A stretch of DNA of 64,000 nt, from positions 7,008,001 to 7,072,000 of the forward strand of contig CBDDPY010000002.1 in NCBI GenBank assembly GCA_965232515.1, read 5' to 3'. The translations under genes were made by a program, and so were the position numbers. Each line of letters starts with the position of its first letter. The stretch's first letter is position 1. Below are positions 31,301 through 43,300 of this stretch, in pieces. The stretch is from Alphaproteobacteria bacterium (GTDB taxonomy: Bacteria > Pseudomonadota > Alphaproteobacteria > GCA-2731375). The notes under the pieces were generated by a model. That model made no database searches, had not been told where the DNA came from, and saw nothing but the letters and a program-made list of their open reading frames with translations.

Positions 31301-34300
31301 ACGACGAAGCCGCCACCCGAGAGTGCGGTTATTCGCGGATCATATTGACCATCGACGTTGTATGTATTGACGCGGAACTCGGCATCGATCGCGTTGCCAA
31401 TGGCATCGAACCGCTGGCCGTAGACGCCGTATCCCGATCCATCCTGGCCGTCCGAGCGCCAAACCACCACATGGCCGCCGTCGGGCAGGACCGCAATCGA
31501 TGGCGTCGACTGTATGCCCGCCGTATAGCTGTTGACCTCGACTTCTTCGCCCAACGCAATGCCGCTTTCCGTCGGCCTCACGTCGATGGCGACGCGGGCA
31601 ACCGAGACGTTGCCGTCGCCGTCGGTGACCTTGTAGTCGAAGCTGTCGGCGCCGGTGTAGCCAGGATTCGGGGTGTAGGACCACGAGCCATCGGCATTGA
31701 GGGTCAGTGTGCCGTTTGCCGGGCCCTTTGCCTGGGCGTAGGTCAGCAGTTCCGGAGACGTCGCCTCGTCGATCGCACCCAGCTGGCCGTTGACCGTGGC
31801 GTCCTTGCCGACCGCTGCAACGCCATCCACCGCTTCCGGCAGCAATGCCACATCGACGTCGCCGTTAGCAAAGCGCAGCGTTTCAATAGCGGTCAAACGA
31901 TCCGTGCCGTCCGCCGGCGATACCCGCCGGTCCTCGACGACCGTCTCAAGGCCATTCCGCCGTACCCAATAATCCGCGATGTTGCCGCCATAGACCGCGA
32001 CATCGATGCCGGCGCCGCCGTCGAGAACATCATCGCCGCCGTTGCCACGAAGGACGTCGTCGCCCGAAGCACCGCTCAAGCTGTCGCTGACGGCACTGCC
32101 GGCCAACGCATCGTTGCCGTCGCCGCCGCTCAGGCTCTGGCCGTCGCCCTCATAGACCTTCGCATAAACGCCGTAGCCACTGCCGTCCTGGTCTTGCGAT
32201 TTCCAGGCCGTGACAAAGCCGCCGTCGGCCCGGCCTGCCACGACCGCGAAGCTCTGGTCCCCCGCCGTGTAGTCGTTCAGCCGGAACTCGCCGCCAACCG
32301 CGTTCCCCGTCGCGTCGTAACGTTGCGCGTAGGCGCCCATACCGGTCGCGCCGCCGTCCTGCAATTCCGACGACCAACTGACCAGGAAGCCGCCATCGGC
32401 CAGCGCCGTCACCGCGGCGACCGACTGCGCCCCCGTCACATGGCTGTTGACCTGGAACTCGCCGCCGACGGTTACGCCGGAAGCGTCATACCGCTGCCCA
32501 TAAATGCCGTAGCCCGAACCGTCCTGACCAAGCGACTGCCACACCACCACGAACCCGCCATCCAACAGCGCCGCCGCCACCGGATAGGCCTGGATGTCAC
32601 TGGTGTGCGTGTTGACCTCGAACTCGCCGCCCAACGCCACGCCCGCCGCGTCGTAACGCTGACCGGTAATGCCCTGAATGCTGCCGTCCTGCGACGACGT
32701 CCAGACCACCGCGAAGCCGCCCCCCGACAGCCCGATGACCCAAGGATCGCGCTGGTCGCCAACCGTTGTCGTGTTAATCCGGAACTCGCCGCCGACAGCC
32801 GTCCCGGTCGCGTCGTAACGCTGGCCATAGACGCCTAGCGTGTCACCGTCCTGGCCGCTCGATCGCCAGGCGATCACATAGCCGCCGTCCAATAGTCCGG
32901 CCACCGACGGCACCCATTGGTGATCCGTCGTGTAACTGTTCGCCCGAAACTCGCCGCCAACCGCTGTGCCGGCCGCGTCATACCGTTGCCCGTAGATGCC
33001 GAGACCGCCGCCGTCCTGACCGTCCGACGGCCAGACAACAACAAAACCGCCGTCCGACAACGCCGCCACCCGCGGTTCGTATTGATCGCCGACCGTATGG
33101 CTGTTCACCCGGAACTCACCGCCAACCGCTGTACCGGAAGCGTCATAGCGTTGGCCATAGGCGCCATAGCCAGAACCGTCCTGCAGGCTCGAACGCCACA
33201 CAACCACATGCCCGCCGTCCGACAACACCGCAACCGACGGCGTCGACTGCTCGCCCGTGGTGTAGCTGTTCACCTGGAACTCGGTGTCCCCATAGACCTT
33301 GGCGAACACACCATAGTCGCTGCCGTCCTGGCCGAAGGACTGCCAGCTGATGACAAAGCCGCCGTCTGGACGGGCGTCGATGGCCTGAAGGCGCTGTTCG
33401 GCCGGCGTACCGGGCGTGTAGTCGCTGACCTGGAACTCGTCGCCGAGCGGATTGCCGCCGGTATCATAGCGCCGCGCAAAGACCTTGTTCTCGGGCGCGT
33501 TGACACTGTCATGTGACATCCAGGCGATGACAAAGCCGCCGTCAGCCAGGGCCGTCACGCGGGCATATGCCTGGTTGTTCGCTGTTTGCGTATTGACCTG
33601 AAACTCCGGACCGACAACACCGCCGGTGGCGTCGTAACGTTGGGCGTAGACGCCATAGCCGGAGCCATCCTGCCCGTTCGACACCCAGACGACGATGAAG
33701 CCGCCGTCATGCAACGCACCGATTGCCGACGACAGCTGGTCGCCGGTGGTGTGGCTGTTGACCTGGAACTCCACACCCATCCGGCTGCCGTTGGCGGCAA
33801 ACCGCTGACCGTGGACGCCGTAGCCGTTACCGTCCTGGCCGTCCGACCGCCAGGTCACGACAAACCCACCGTCTAGCAGTGCCGTGACGACGGCTGCAGA
33901 TTGCATGCCTGCCGTGTGGGTGTTGATCTGGAACTCACCGCCGACGACCTTGCCTTCGGCATCGTAGCGTTGGCCATAGATGCCGCGCTCGCTGCCATCC
34001 TGGCCCTCCGCCGACCAGGTCACGACGAAGCCATCATCTGGCAGCACGGCGATATCCGAGCCGCGTTGGGCGCCGGCGGTGGTGGTGTTTACCTGGAACT
34101 CACCGCCGACCGGCGTGCCGCTGGCGTTGTAGCGCTGGCCGAAGATACCGGTGCTACTGCCGTCCTGGCCATCGGACCACCAGACGACGATGAACGCGCC
34201 GTTCGAGAAGCTGGCGACCCGGGGGTTTTCCTGATGGCTGGTGGTATAGCTGTTGACCCGGAACTCCGGCCCGACGGCGTCGCCGGTCGCGTCGAAGCGC

Positions 34301-37300
34301 TGCGCGTAGACGTTGCTGGTGGCGCCTTCCTGATTGTCTGACCGCCAGGCGACCACGAAGCCGCCGTCGGGGAGGGTGGCCATATGACCCTTAGCTTGAA
34401 AGCCCGTCGTAAAGGTGTTGGCCCGGCGCTCCTCGCTCGTCGCGACGTTGGCCAATTGGTCGGCGACGTCGATGGTGATCTGCCCGACGGCGACATTGCC
34501 GCCGGCATCGGTGACCTTGTAGTCGAAGCTGTCGGCGCCGGTGTAGCCGGACGACGCGGTGTAGGTCCAGGAACCGCTGGCATTCAGCGTCAGCTGTCCG
34601 TGGGTCGCATCCTGTGCCAAGGCGTAGGTCAACAGCTCCGGCGCCGTCGCGTCGTCCGTCGCGCCCAATTGGCCGTTGATGGTGCCGTTCCTGCCGACCG
34701 AGGCAATGCCGCCCACCGGGGTCGGTAGCGTCGCGAGGTCGACATCGCCGTCGGCAAAGCGCAGGGTCTCGATGCCGGTCAGCGTGTCGGTGCCGTCCGC
34801 CGGCGTCGCCCGGCGGTCCTCGACGACCGTCTCAACGCCATTGCGACGGATCCAATAGTCCGCGATGTTGCCGCCGTAGATCGCGACATCGCTCCCGGCG
34901 CCGCCGTCCAGAACGTCATCACCGCCATCGCCACGCAATACATCATCGCCAGAGGCGCCGGAAATCAGGTCGCTGCCGCCATCGCCCAACAACGTATCGT
35001 GGCCGATGCCGCCGCTAATGACCAATCCGGCCGGGTCGTCATGGACGTCAATCACGACCTGACCAATCGAAACATTGCCGTCGGTGTCGGTAACTCGATA
35101 GTCAAAGCTGTCGACGCCGGCATAGCCCGGGTCCGGGGAATAGGACCAAGAACCGTCGGCGGCTAGCGTTAGCGTCCCGTTGGCCACGTCTTGGGCAATG
35201 GCATAGGTCAGCAAATTTGATGCCGTGACGTCGTCGACCGCGCTCAGCTGCCCTGCGACCGAACCGTCCTTCTCGACTGACGCTGAACTGTCGACGGTCT
35301 CCGGCGATGCCGCGACATCGACATCGCCATCGGCGAAGCGCAGCGTCTCGACGCCGGTCAGCGTGTCGGTGCCGTCCGCCGGCGTCGCCCGGCGGTCCTC
35401 GACGACCGTCTCCGAGCCATTGCGCCGGATCCAGTAGTCCGAAGCATTGCCGCCGTAGACCGCGACATCGCTCCCGGCGCCGCCATCCAGAACGTCATCA
35501 CCGCCATTACCCTGCAGGACGTCGTCACCCAACCCACCGCTCAGAACATCACCGCCAAGCCCGCCGGCCAACGCATCGGGACCGTCGGTAGAGGTCGACA
35601 TGCTGCCGGAAAGGTCGAGCCGGTACATCCGGGCATAGGCGGTGCCCTGAATCACGCCGACTTGCGTGTCCGACCACCAGCTGAACAACACCCGTCCATC
35701 CGACGCCGTTGCGACGGACGAGTTGCGCGGCCCCTCCTGAGCGGCGGTCTCCGAAACCAGAAACTCGCCCCCGATGGCCTGCCCGGCACTGTCGTAGCGC
35801 CGTGCATAGGCGCCCAGGCCGCTGTCGTAGTGGAGCCCCGAGGTGATCGCCGAGTGATACCAGGTGACGACAAAGCCGCCGTCCGGCAACGCCGCCACGT
35901 TCGAGCCGGATTGATTGCCCGATGTCGTCTCGTTGACCCGGAACTCGTCGCCAACGCTGTTGCCGTCGGCATCAAAGCGTTGACCGTAAACCCCGCCGGA
36001 ATCACCATCCTGGCCGTCGGTCTGCCAGATCACAACAAAACCGCCGTCGGCAAGGCCGGCTACCGTCGCGGCTCCTTGATAGCCCGCCGTCGTGCTGTTG
36101 ATCTGGAACTCACTGCCGACGGTTGTGCCGGTGGCATCATAACGCTGGCCGAAAACCCCGCCGCCGTCGCCGTCCTGGCCGTCCGAACGCCAGGTGACGA
36201 CAAAGCCGCCACCGGACAGACGGCTTATATTGACGTCCGACTGCGTGCCGGCAGTGGCCGTGTTGACCCGGAACTCCGCCGTGCCAACGGCCGCACCGTT
36301 CGCATCATAGCGCTGGCCATAGACGCCCCATTCGCTCCCGTCCTGGAGGTTCGAGATCCAGACGGCGACAAAGCCACCATCGGCAAGGGCCTCGACACGC
36401 GGATTGAGTTGATAGTCCGCCGTCGTCGTGTTGATCCGGAACTCCGCGCCAACGGCCGTGCCTGAGGCGTCGTAGCGTTGCCCGTAGGCGCCCGACTGCG
36501 ATCCGTCGTGATAGGAATACCAGGTGACGACAAAGCCGCCGTCGATCAGCGCGGTGACATTCGCGCCTTCCTGAATGCCGGTCGTATGGGAGTTGACCTG
36601 GAATGCGGAGCCAATTGGCGTACCGTCGTCGTTGAATCGGCGGCCAAAGACGCCCCAACTGTCGCCATCGGCGGCATGCGACATCCACACCAATACATAA
36701 CCGCCGCCAGACAACAGCGCGCCCACCGGGTGATGCTCGGTGTGCGGCGACTGGTCGCTGACAACGAACTTGTCGCCCAGCACGGACCAGGCAGATGGCT
36801 CGGCGGACACATCGACCCCGACGGTCGTCACATCGCGCAAACCGCCGGCGTCCGTCGCCGTGATCTCAAAACTGTCGGCCCCGGTAAAGTCGGCCGCCGC
36901 CTCATACTCATAGTCGCCCGTCGCGGCATTCGTTATCCGTACCCGGCTACCTGAGGACAACGTAACCCAGCCATTCGCGTCCGGTGTGCCGGGGATGCCG
37001 AAGGTCAGGTTCTCCACCCCGCCGTCGTCCGTCGCGCCGACCGAACCCGATGCCAGACCGCCTGACGTCACCGAGACCACGCCCGCCGTCACATCCGGCG
37101 ATGCCGCGACATCGACATCGCCATCGGCGAAGCGCAGCGTCTCGACGCCGGTCAGCGTGTCGGTGCCGTCCGCCGGCGTCGCCCGGCGGTCCTCGACGAC
37201 CGTCTCCGAGCCATTGCGCCGGATCCAGTAGTCCGAAGCATTGCCGCCGTAGACCGCGACATCGCTCCCGGCGCCGCCATCCAGAACGTCATCACCGCCA

Positions 37301-40300
37301 TTACCCTGCAGGACGTCGTCACCCAACCCACCGCTCAGAACATCACCGCCAAGCCCGCCGGCCAACGCATCGGGACCGTCGGTAGAGGTCGACATGCTGC
37401 CGGAAAGGTCGAGCCGGTACATCCGGGCATAGGCGGTGCCCTGAATCACGCCGACTTGCGTGTCCGACCACCAGCTGAACAACACCCGTCCATCCGACGC
37501 CGTTGCGACGGACGAGTTGCGCGGCCCCTCCTGAGCGGCGGTCTCCGAAACCAGAAACTCGCCCCCGATGGCCTGCCCGGCACTGTCGTAGCGCCGTGCA
37601 TAGGCGCCCAGGCCGCTGTCGTAGTGGAGCCCCGAGGTGATCGCCGAGTGATACCAGGTGACGACAAAGCCGCCGTCCGGCAACGCCGCCACGTTCGAGC
37701 CGGATTGATTGCCCGATGTCGTCTCGTTGACCCGGAACTCGTCGCCAACGCTGTTGCCGTCGGCATCAAAGCGTTGACCGTAAACCCCGCCGGAATCACC
37801 ATCCTGGCCGTCGGTCTGCCAGATCACAACAAAACCGCCGTCGGCAAGGCCGGCTACCGTCGCGGCTCCTTGATAGCCCGCCGTCGTGCTGTTGATCTGG
37901 AACTCACTGCCGACGGTTGTGCCGGTGGCATCATAACGCTGGCCGAAAACCCCGCCGCCGTCGCCGTCCTGGCCGTCCGAACGCCAGGTGACGACAAAGC
38001 CGCCACCGGACAGACGGCTTATATTGACGTCCGACTGCGTGCCGGCAGTGGCCGTGTTGACCCGGAACTCCGCCGTGCCAACGGCCGCACCGTTCGCATC
38101 ATAGCGCTGGCCATAGACGCCCCATTCGCTCCCGTCCTGGAGGTTCGAGATCCAGACGGCGACAAAGCCACCATCGGCAAGGGCCTCGACACGCGGATTG
38201 AGTTGATAGTCCGCCGTCGTCGTGTTGATCCGGAACTCCGCGCCAACGGCCGTGCCTGAGGCGTCGTAGCGTTGCCCGTAGGCGCCCGACTGCGATCCGT
38301 CGTGATAGGAATACCAGGTGACGACAAAGCCGCCGTCGATCAGCGCGGTGACATTCGCGCCTTCCTGAATGCCGGTCGTATGGGAGTTGACCTGGAATGC
38401 GGAGCCAATTGGCGTACCGTCGTCGTTGAATCGGCGGCCAAAGACGCCCCAACTGTCGCCATCGGCGGCATGCGACATCCACACCAATACATAACCGCCG
38501 CCAGACAACAGCGCGCCCACCGGGTGATGCTCGGTGTGCGGCGACTGGTCGCTGACAACGAACTTGTCGCCCAGCACGGACCAGGCAGATGGCTCGGCGG
38601 ACACATCGACCCCGACGGTCGTCACATCGCGCAAACCGCCGGCGTCCGTCGCCGTGATCTCAAAACTGTCGGCCCCGGTAAAGTCGGCCGCCGCCTCATA
38701 CTCATAGTCGCCCGTCGCGGCATTCGTTATCCGTACCCGGCTACCTGAGGACAACGTAACCCAGCCATTCGCGTCCGGTGTGCCGGGGATGCCGAAGGTC
38801 AGGTTCTCCACCCCGCCGTCGTCCGTCGCGCCGACCGAACCCGATGCCAGACCGCCTGACGTCACCGAGACCACGCCCGCCGTCACATCCGGCGATGCCG
38901 CGACATCGACATCGCCATCGGCGAAGCGCAGCGTCTCGACGCCGGTCAGCGTGTCGGTGCCGTCCGCCGGCGTCGCCCGGCGGTCCTCGACGACCGTCTC
39001 CGAGCCATTGCGCCGGATCCAGTAGTCCGAAGCATTGCCGCCGTAGACCGCGACATCGCTCCCGGCGCCGCCATCCAGAACGTCATCACCGCCATTACCC
39101 TGCAGGACGTCGTCACCCAACCCACCGCTCAGCATGTCGGAGCCGGCGCTGCCGGCAAGGCCGTCATCGCCGCCGCTGCCGACCGCTGTCTGACCATTGT
39201 TGCCGCCAGCTCCGGCATAGATCTTCGTGACGATGCCTTCCTCGCTGCCGTCCTGGCCGACCGACGCCCAGCTCACAACAAAGCCACCGTCGGCTCGCGC
39301 CGCCACGCTCGGGCGGATCTGCCGGTCGAGCGTCGTGTCGTTGATCCGGAACTCACTGCCGACTGGCCGGCTCAGCGCGTCATAGCGCTGGCCGTAAACC
39401 CCATCCGCCGAACCGTCCTGAAGGTTCGAGTACCAGACCACGACGAAGCCGCCGTCCGTCAGTCCGGCCAGCACCGGGTGGAACTGAATGTCGGTGACAT
39501 GCGTGTTGATCTGGAATTCGTCGCCGACCGTATTGCCACTGGCATCATAGCGCTGGCCGTAAACACCCCATTCGCTGCCGTCCTGATAGCGCGAGTGCCA
39601 GGCAACGACGAAGCCGCCGTCGGCGAGCTCGGCTATCACGGACTCGTCCTGTGCGCCCGCGGTATAGCTGTTGACGCGGAATTCGCCGCCCAGCGCCGTT
39701 CCGTTCACGTCGTAGCGTTGGCCGTAGACGCCAAAGCCGTCGCCGTCCTGGCCGTCCGAGCTCCAGGTAACCACAAAGCTGTCGTTCGACAGGACCGCCA
39801 CCGAGGCAGCGTGTTGATTGCCCGTCGTGAAAGTATTGATCTGGAATTCGGGCCCGGTGGCGACGCCAGCCGCGGTGTAGCGCTGGCCGACGATTGCCGT
39901 CTGGGAGCCGTCGATGTTGTCCGAGTACCAGACCACGACAAACCCGCCGCCGGAAAATGCCGACACCGATGGCGTGTATTGGTGATTGGTGGTGGACGTG
40001 TTGACACGGAACTCGCTGCCGACTGCGGCGCCCGCGCCATCGTAGCGCTGCGCGTAGATGCCCCGACCGCTGCCGTCTTGGCCGTCCGACTGCCAGCTCA
40101 CCACAAAGCCGCCGCCGGACAGCGCCGCCACCTGCGGCGTGAACTGGTCGCCGGTGGTGTGGCTGTTGACCCGGAACTCACCGCCCAGCGCCGTGCCGGC
40201 GGCGTTGAAGCGCTGGCCGTAAACCCCCAGACCGCCGCCGTCCTGGCCGGTCGAATGCCAAACCGTGACAAGACTGCCGTCTGATAGCACTGCGACCGAC

Positions 40301-43300
40301 GGATAGTTCTGGCCCAGCGCCGTGTGCGCATTAACCTGAAGCTCGCTGCCGGCCGTCACCGCCGTCGTCGCGGGCACCACGTCGACGTTGATCGTCGCCA
40401 CCGAGACATTGCCGTCGGCATCGGTGACCTTGTAATCGAAGCGGTCGGCGCCGACATAGCCCGCCGTCGGGGTATAGGACCAGGAACCGGCGGCATTGAG
40501 CGTCAGCGCGCCGTGTGCCGGGCTCTGCGCCACCGCATAGCTCAGTAGCTCCGGCGCAGTGGTGTCGTCGGTCATGCTGAGCTGACCGGTGACGCTGCCG
40601 TCCTTGCCGACGGACGCAAGACCGTCAGCCGCCTCAGGCGATGCCGCGACATCGACATCGCCATCGGCAAAGCGCAGGGTCTCGACGCCGGTCAGCGTGT
40701 CGGTGCCGTCCGCCGGCGTCGCCCGACGGTCTTCCACGACCGTCTCCGAGCCATTGCGCCGGATCCAGTAGTCCGAAGCATTGCCGCCGTAGACCGCGAC
40801 ATCGCTCCCGGCGCCGCCATCCAGAACGTCATCACCGCCATTACCCTGCAGGACGTCATCACCTGACCCACCGCTCAGCATGTCGGAGCCGGCGCTGCCG
40901 GCAAGGCCGTCATCGCCGCCGCTGCCGACCGCTGTCTGACCATTGTTGCCGCCAGCTCCGGCATAGATCTTCGTGACGATGCCTTCCTCGCTGCCGTCCT
41001 GGCCGACCGACGCCCAGCTCACAACAAAGCCACCGTCGGCTCGCGCCGCCACGCTCGGGCGGATCTGCCGGTCGAGCGTCGTGTCGTTGATCCGGAACTC
41101 ACTGCCGACTGGCCGGCTCAGCGCGTCATAGCGCTGGCCGTAAACCCCATCCGCCGAACCGTCCTGAAGGTTCGAGTACCAGACCACGACGAAGCCGCCG
41201 TCCGTCAGTCCGGCCAGCACCGGGTGGAACTGAATGTCGGTGACATGCGTGTTGACCCGAAACTCGCCGCCGACCGTATTGCCGCTGGCATCGTAGCGCT
41301 GGCCGTAAACACCCCATTCGCTTCCGTCCTGATATCGCGAGTGCCAGGCAACGACGAAGCCGCCGTCGGCGAGCTCGGCGATCATGGGCTCGTCCTGTGC
41401 GCCCGCGGTGTAGCTGTTGACGCGGAATTCGCCGCCCAGCGCCGTCCCGTTCACGTCGTAGCGTTGGCCGTAGACGCCAAAGCCGTCGCCGTCCTGGCCT
41501 TCCGAGCCCCAGGTGATGACGAAGCTGTCGTCGGACAGGACACGAACGCGCGGGAAATACTGCTTGTCCGCCGTATGGGTGTTGATCTGGAATTCGGGCC
41601 CGGTCGCAACGCCGGCGGCCGTGTAGCGCTGGCCGACGATCGCCGTCTGGGAGCCGTCGATGTTGTCCGAGTACCAGACCACGACAAACCCGCCGCCCGA
41701 AAACGCCGATACAGATGGCCGGCGCTGATGGTTGGTGGTCGAGGCGTTGGCCCGGAACTCGCCGCCGACCTTGTTGCCGGCGGCGTCATGGCGTTGCCCG
41801 TAAACACCAAACCCGCTGCCGTCCTGGCTGTCAGATTCCCAAACGACGACAAAGCCGCCGCCGGACAGCGCCGAAACACGAGGATGGCGTTGATCGTTGG
41901 TGGTGTGGGTGTTGATGAGGAATTCAGTGCCGAGCGCGGAGCCCGCGGCATCGAAACGCTGGCCGTAGGCGCCCATACCGCCGCCATCCTGGCCATCCGA
42001 ATACCAGACCGTGACAAAGCTGCCGTCGGCGAGCACCGCCACCGATGGAATTGATTGGGCGAGCGCGGTGTGGGTATTGACCTGGATTTCGGTGCCGGCG
42101 GTGACGGCGGTCGTCGGCGGCACGACCTCGACGGTGATCGTGGCGACCGAGACATTACCGTCTGCGTCAGTGACGCGGTAGTCGAAGCTGTCGGCGCCGG
42201 TGTAGCCGGCGTTGGGGGTGTAGGTCCAGGAGCCGTCGGCATTCAGCGTCAGCGTGCCGTGCGCTGTGTCCTGCGCTTTTGCGTAGGTCAGCAGCTCCGG
42301 CGCGGTGGCGTCGTCGGCCACGCTGAGCTGGCCGGTGACGTTGCCGTCCTTGCCGACCGACGCAAGGCCGTCGGTGGCGAAGGGCAGGGTGGAGACGAGG
42401 ACGGCCTGATCCGCGAACTGGAGGCGTTCGATGCCGGTCAGCGTATCGGTGCCGTCGTCGCCGTTGGTGGTGCCGTTGAGGTCGCGGACGGTGAGGCCGC
42501 CGGCTGTGCCGATGATCTCGTAGTCGGCGCGGTTGCCACGATAGACCGCGGTGTCGAAACCGCTGCCGCCGATCAGCGTATCGTCGCCGCTGCCGCCGGT
42601 CAGGCGGTCGCTGCCGCCGCCGCCGTCGATCACGTTGGCGTCAGCGCTGCCGAACACGGTGTCGGCCCAGGCCGAGGCGACGACGTTCTCGACGCTGCGC
42701 AGCCGGTCGCCCTCAGCCTCGCCACCTTCCGACGCATCGCGGCCGAGATGGACCGCGACCTCGTCGCCGGAGTGGGCGTAGGAGGCGGTGTCGATGCCGG
42801 CGCCGCCATCGAGCCAGTCGGCGCCGCTGCCGCCGTGCAGCGCGTCGTCGTCGTCGCCGCCCAGCAGCCGGTCGTCGCCGGCCTCGCCGTAGAGGAGGTC
42901 GGCGCCGGCCTTGCCGCGTACGCGGTCATCGCCCGTGCCGCCGGAGAGGTAGTCGTCGCCGGCCTCGCCGGAGATATGGTCGTCCCCGCCGGCGCCGGCC
43001 AGGAAGTCGGTGCCGGCCGTGCCGGTCAACACCTCGTCCCTCGCGTCGCCCTCGATGACCGAGGCCTCGGAGAGTGTGACGACGCTGCCGTCGCTGAACT
43101 GCAGCTTCTCGATGCGGCTGTCGGCGTTGGCCCAGTCGACCAGGCGCACGCGGTCGCTCAATGCGAGCACGGGCATGTCCGGGCTCAACGGGCTGCGCAG
43201 GCCGAACAGCAGGTCGTGCGGATCGTCCGGGTTGGCGCCGATGCGGTCGAAGCCGAAGACCAGATCGGCGAGCGTGATACCGGCCCCGAATTTCAGCGTA

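Noticed and set aside
27500-42100. Regular ~165-bp periodicity resembling a CRISPR or DGR array
   Set aside because: These are degenerate in-frame protein repeats; there is no repeat-spacer structure, cas gene or reverse transcriptase.
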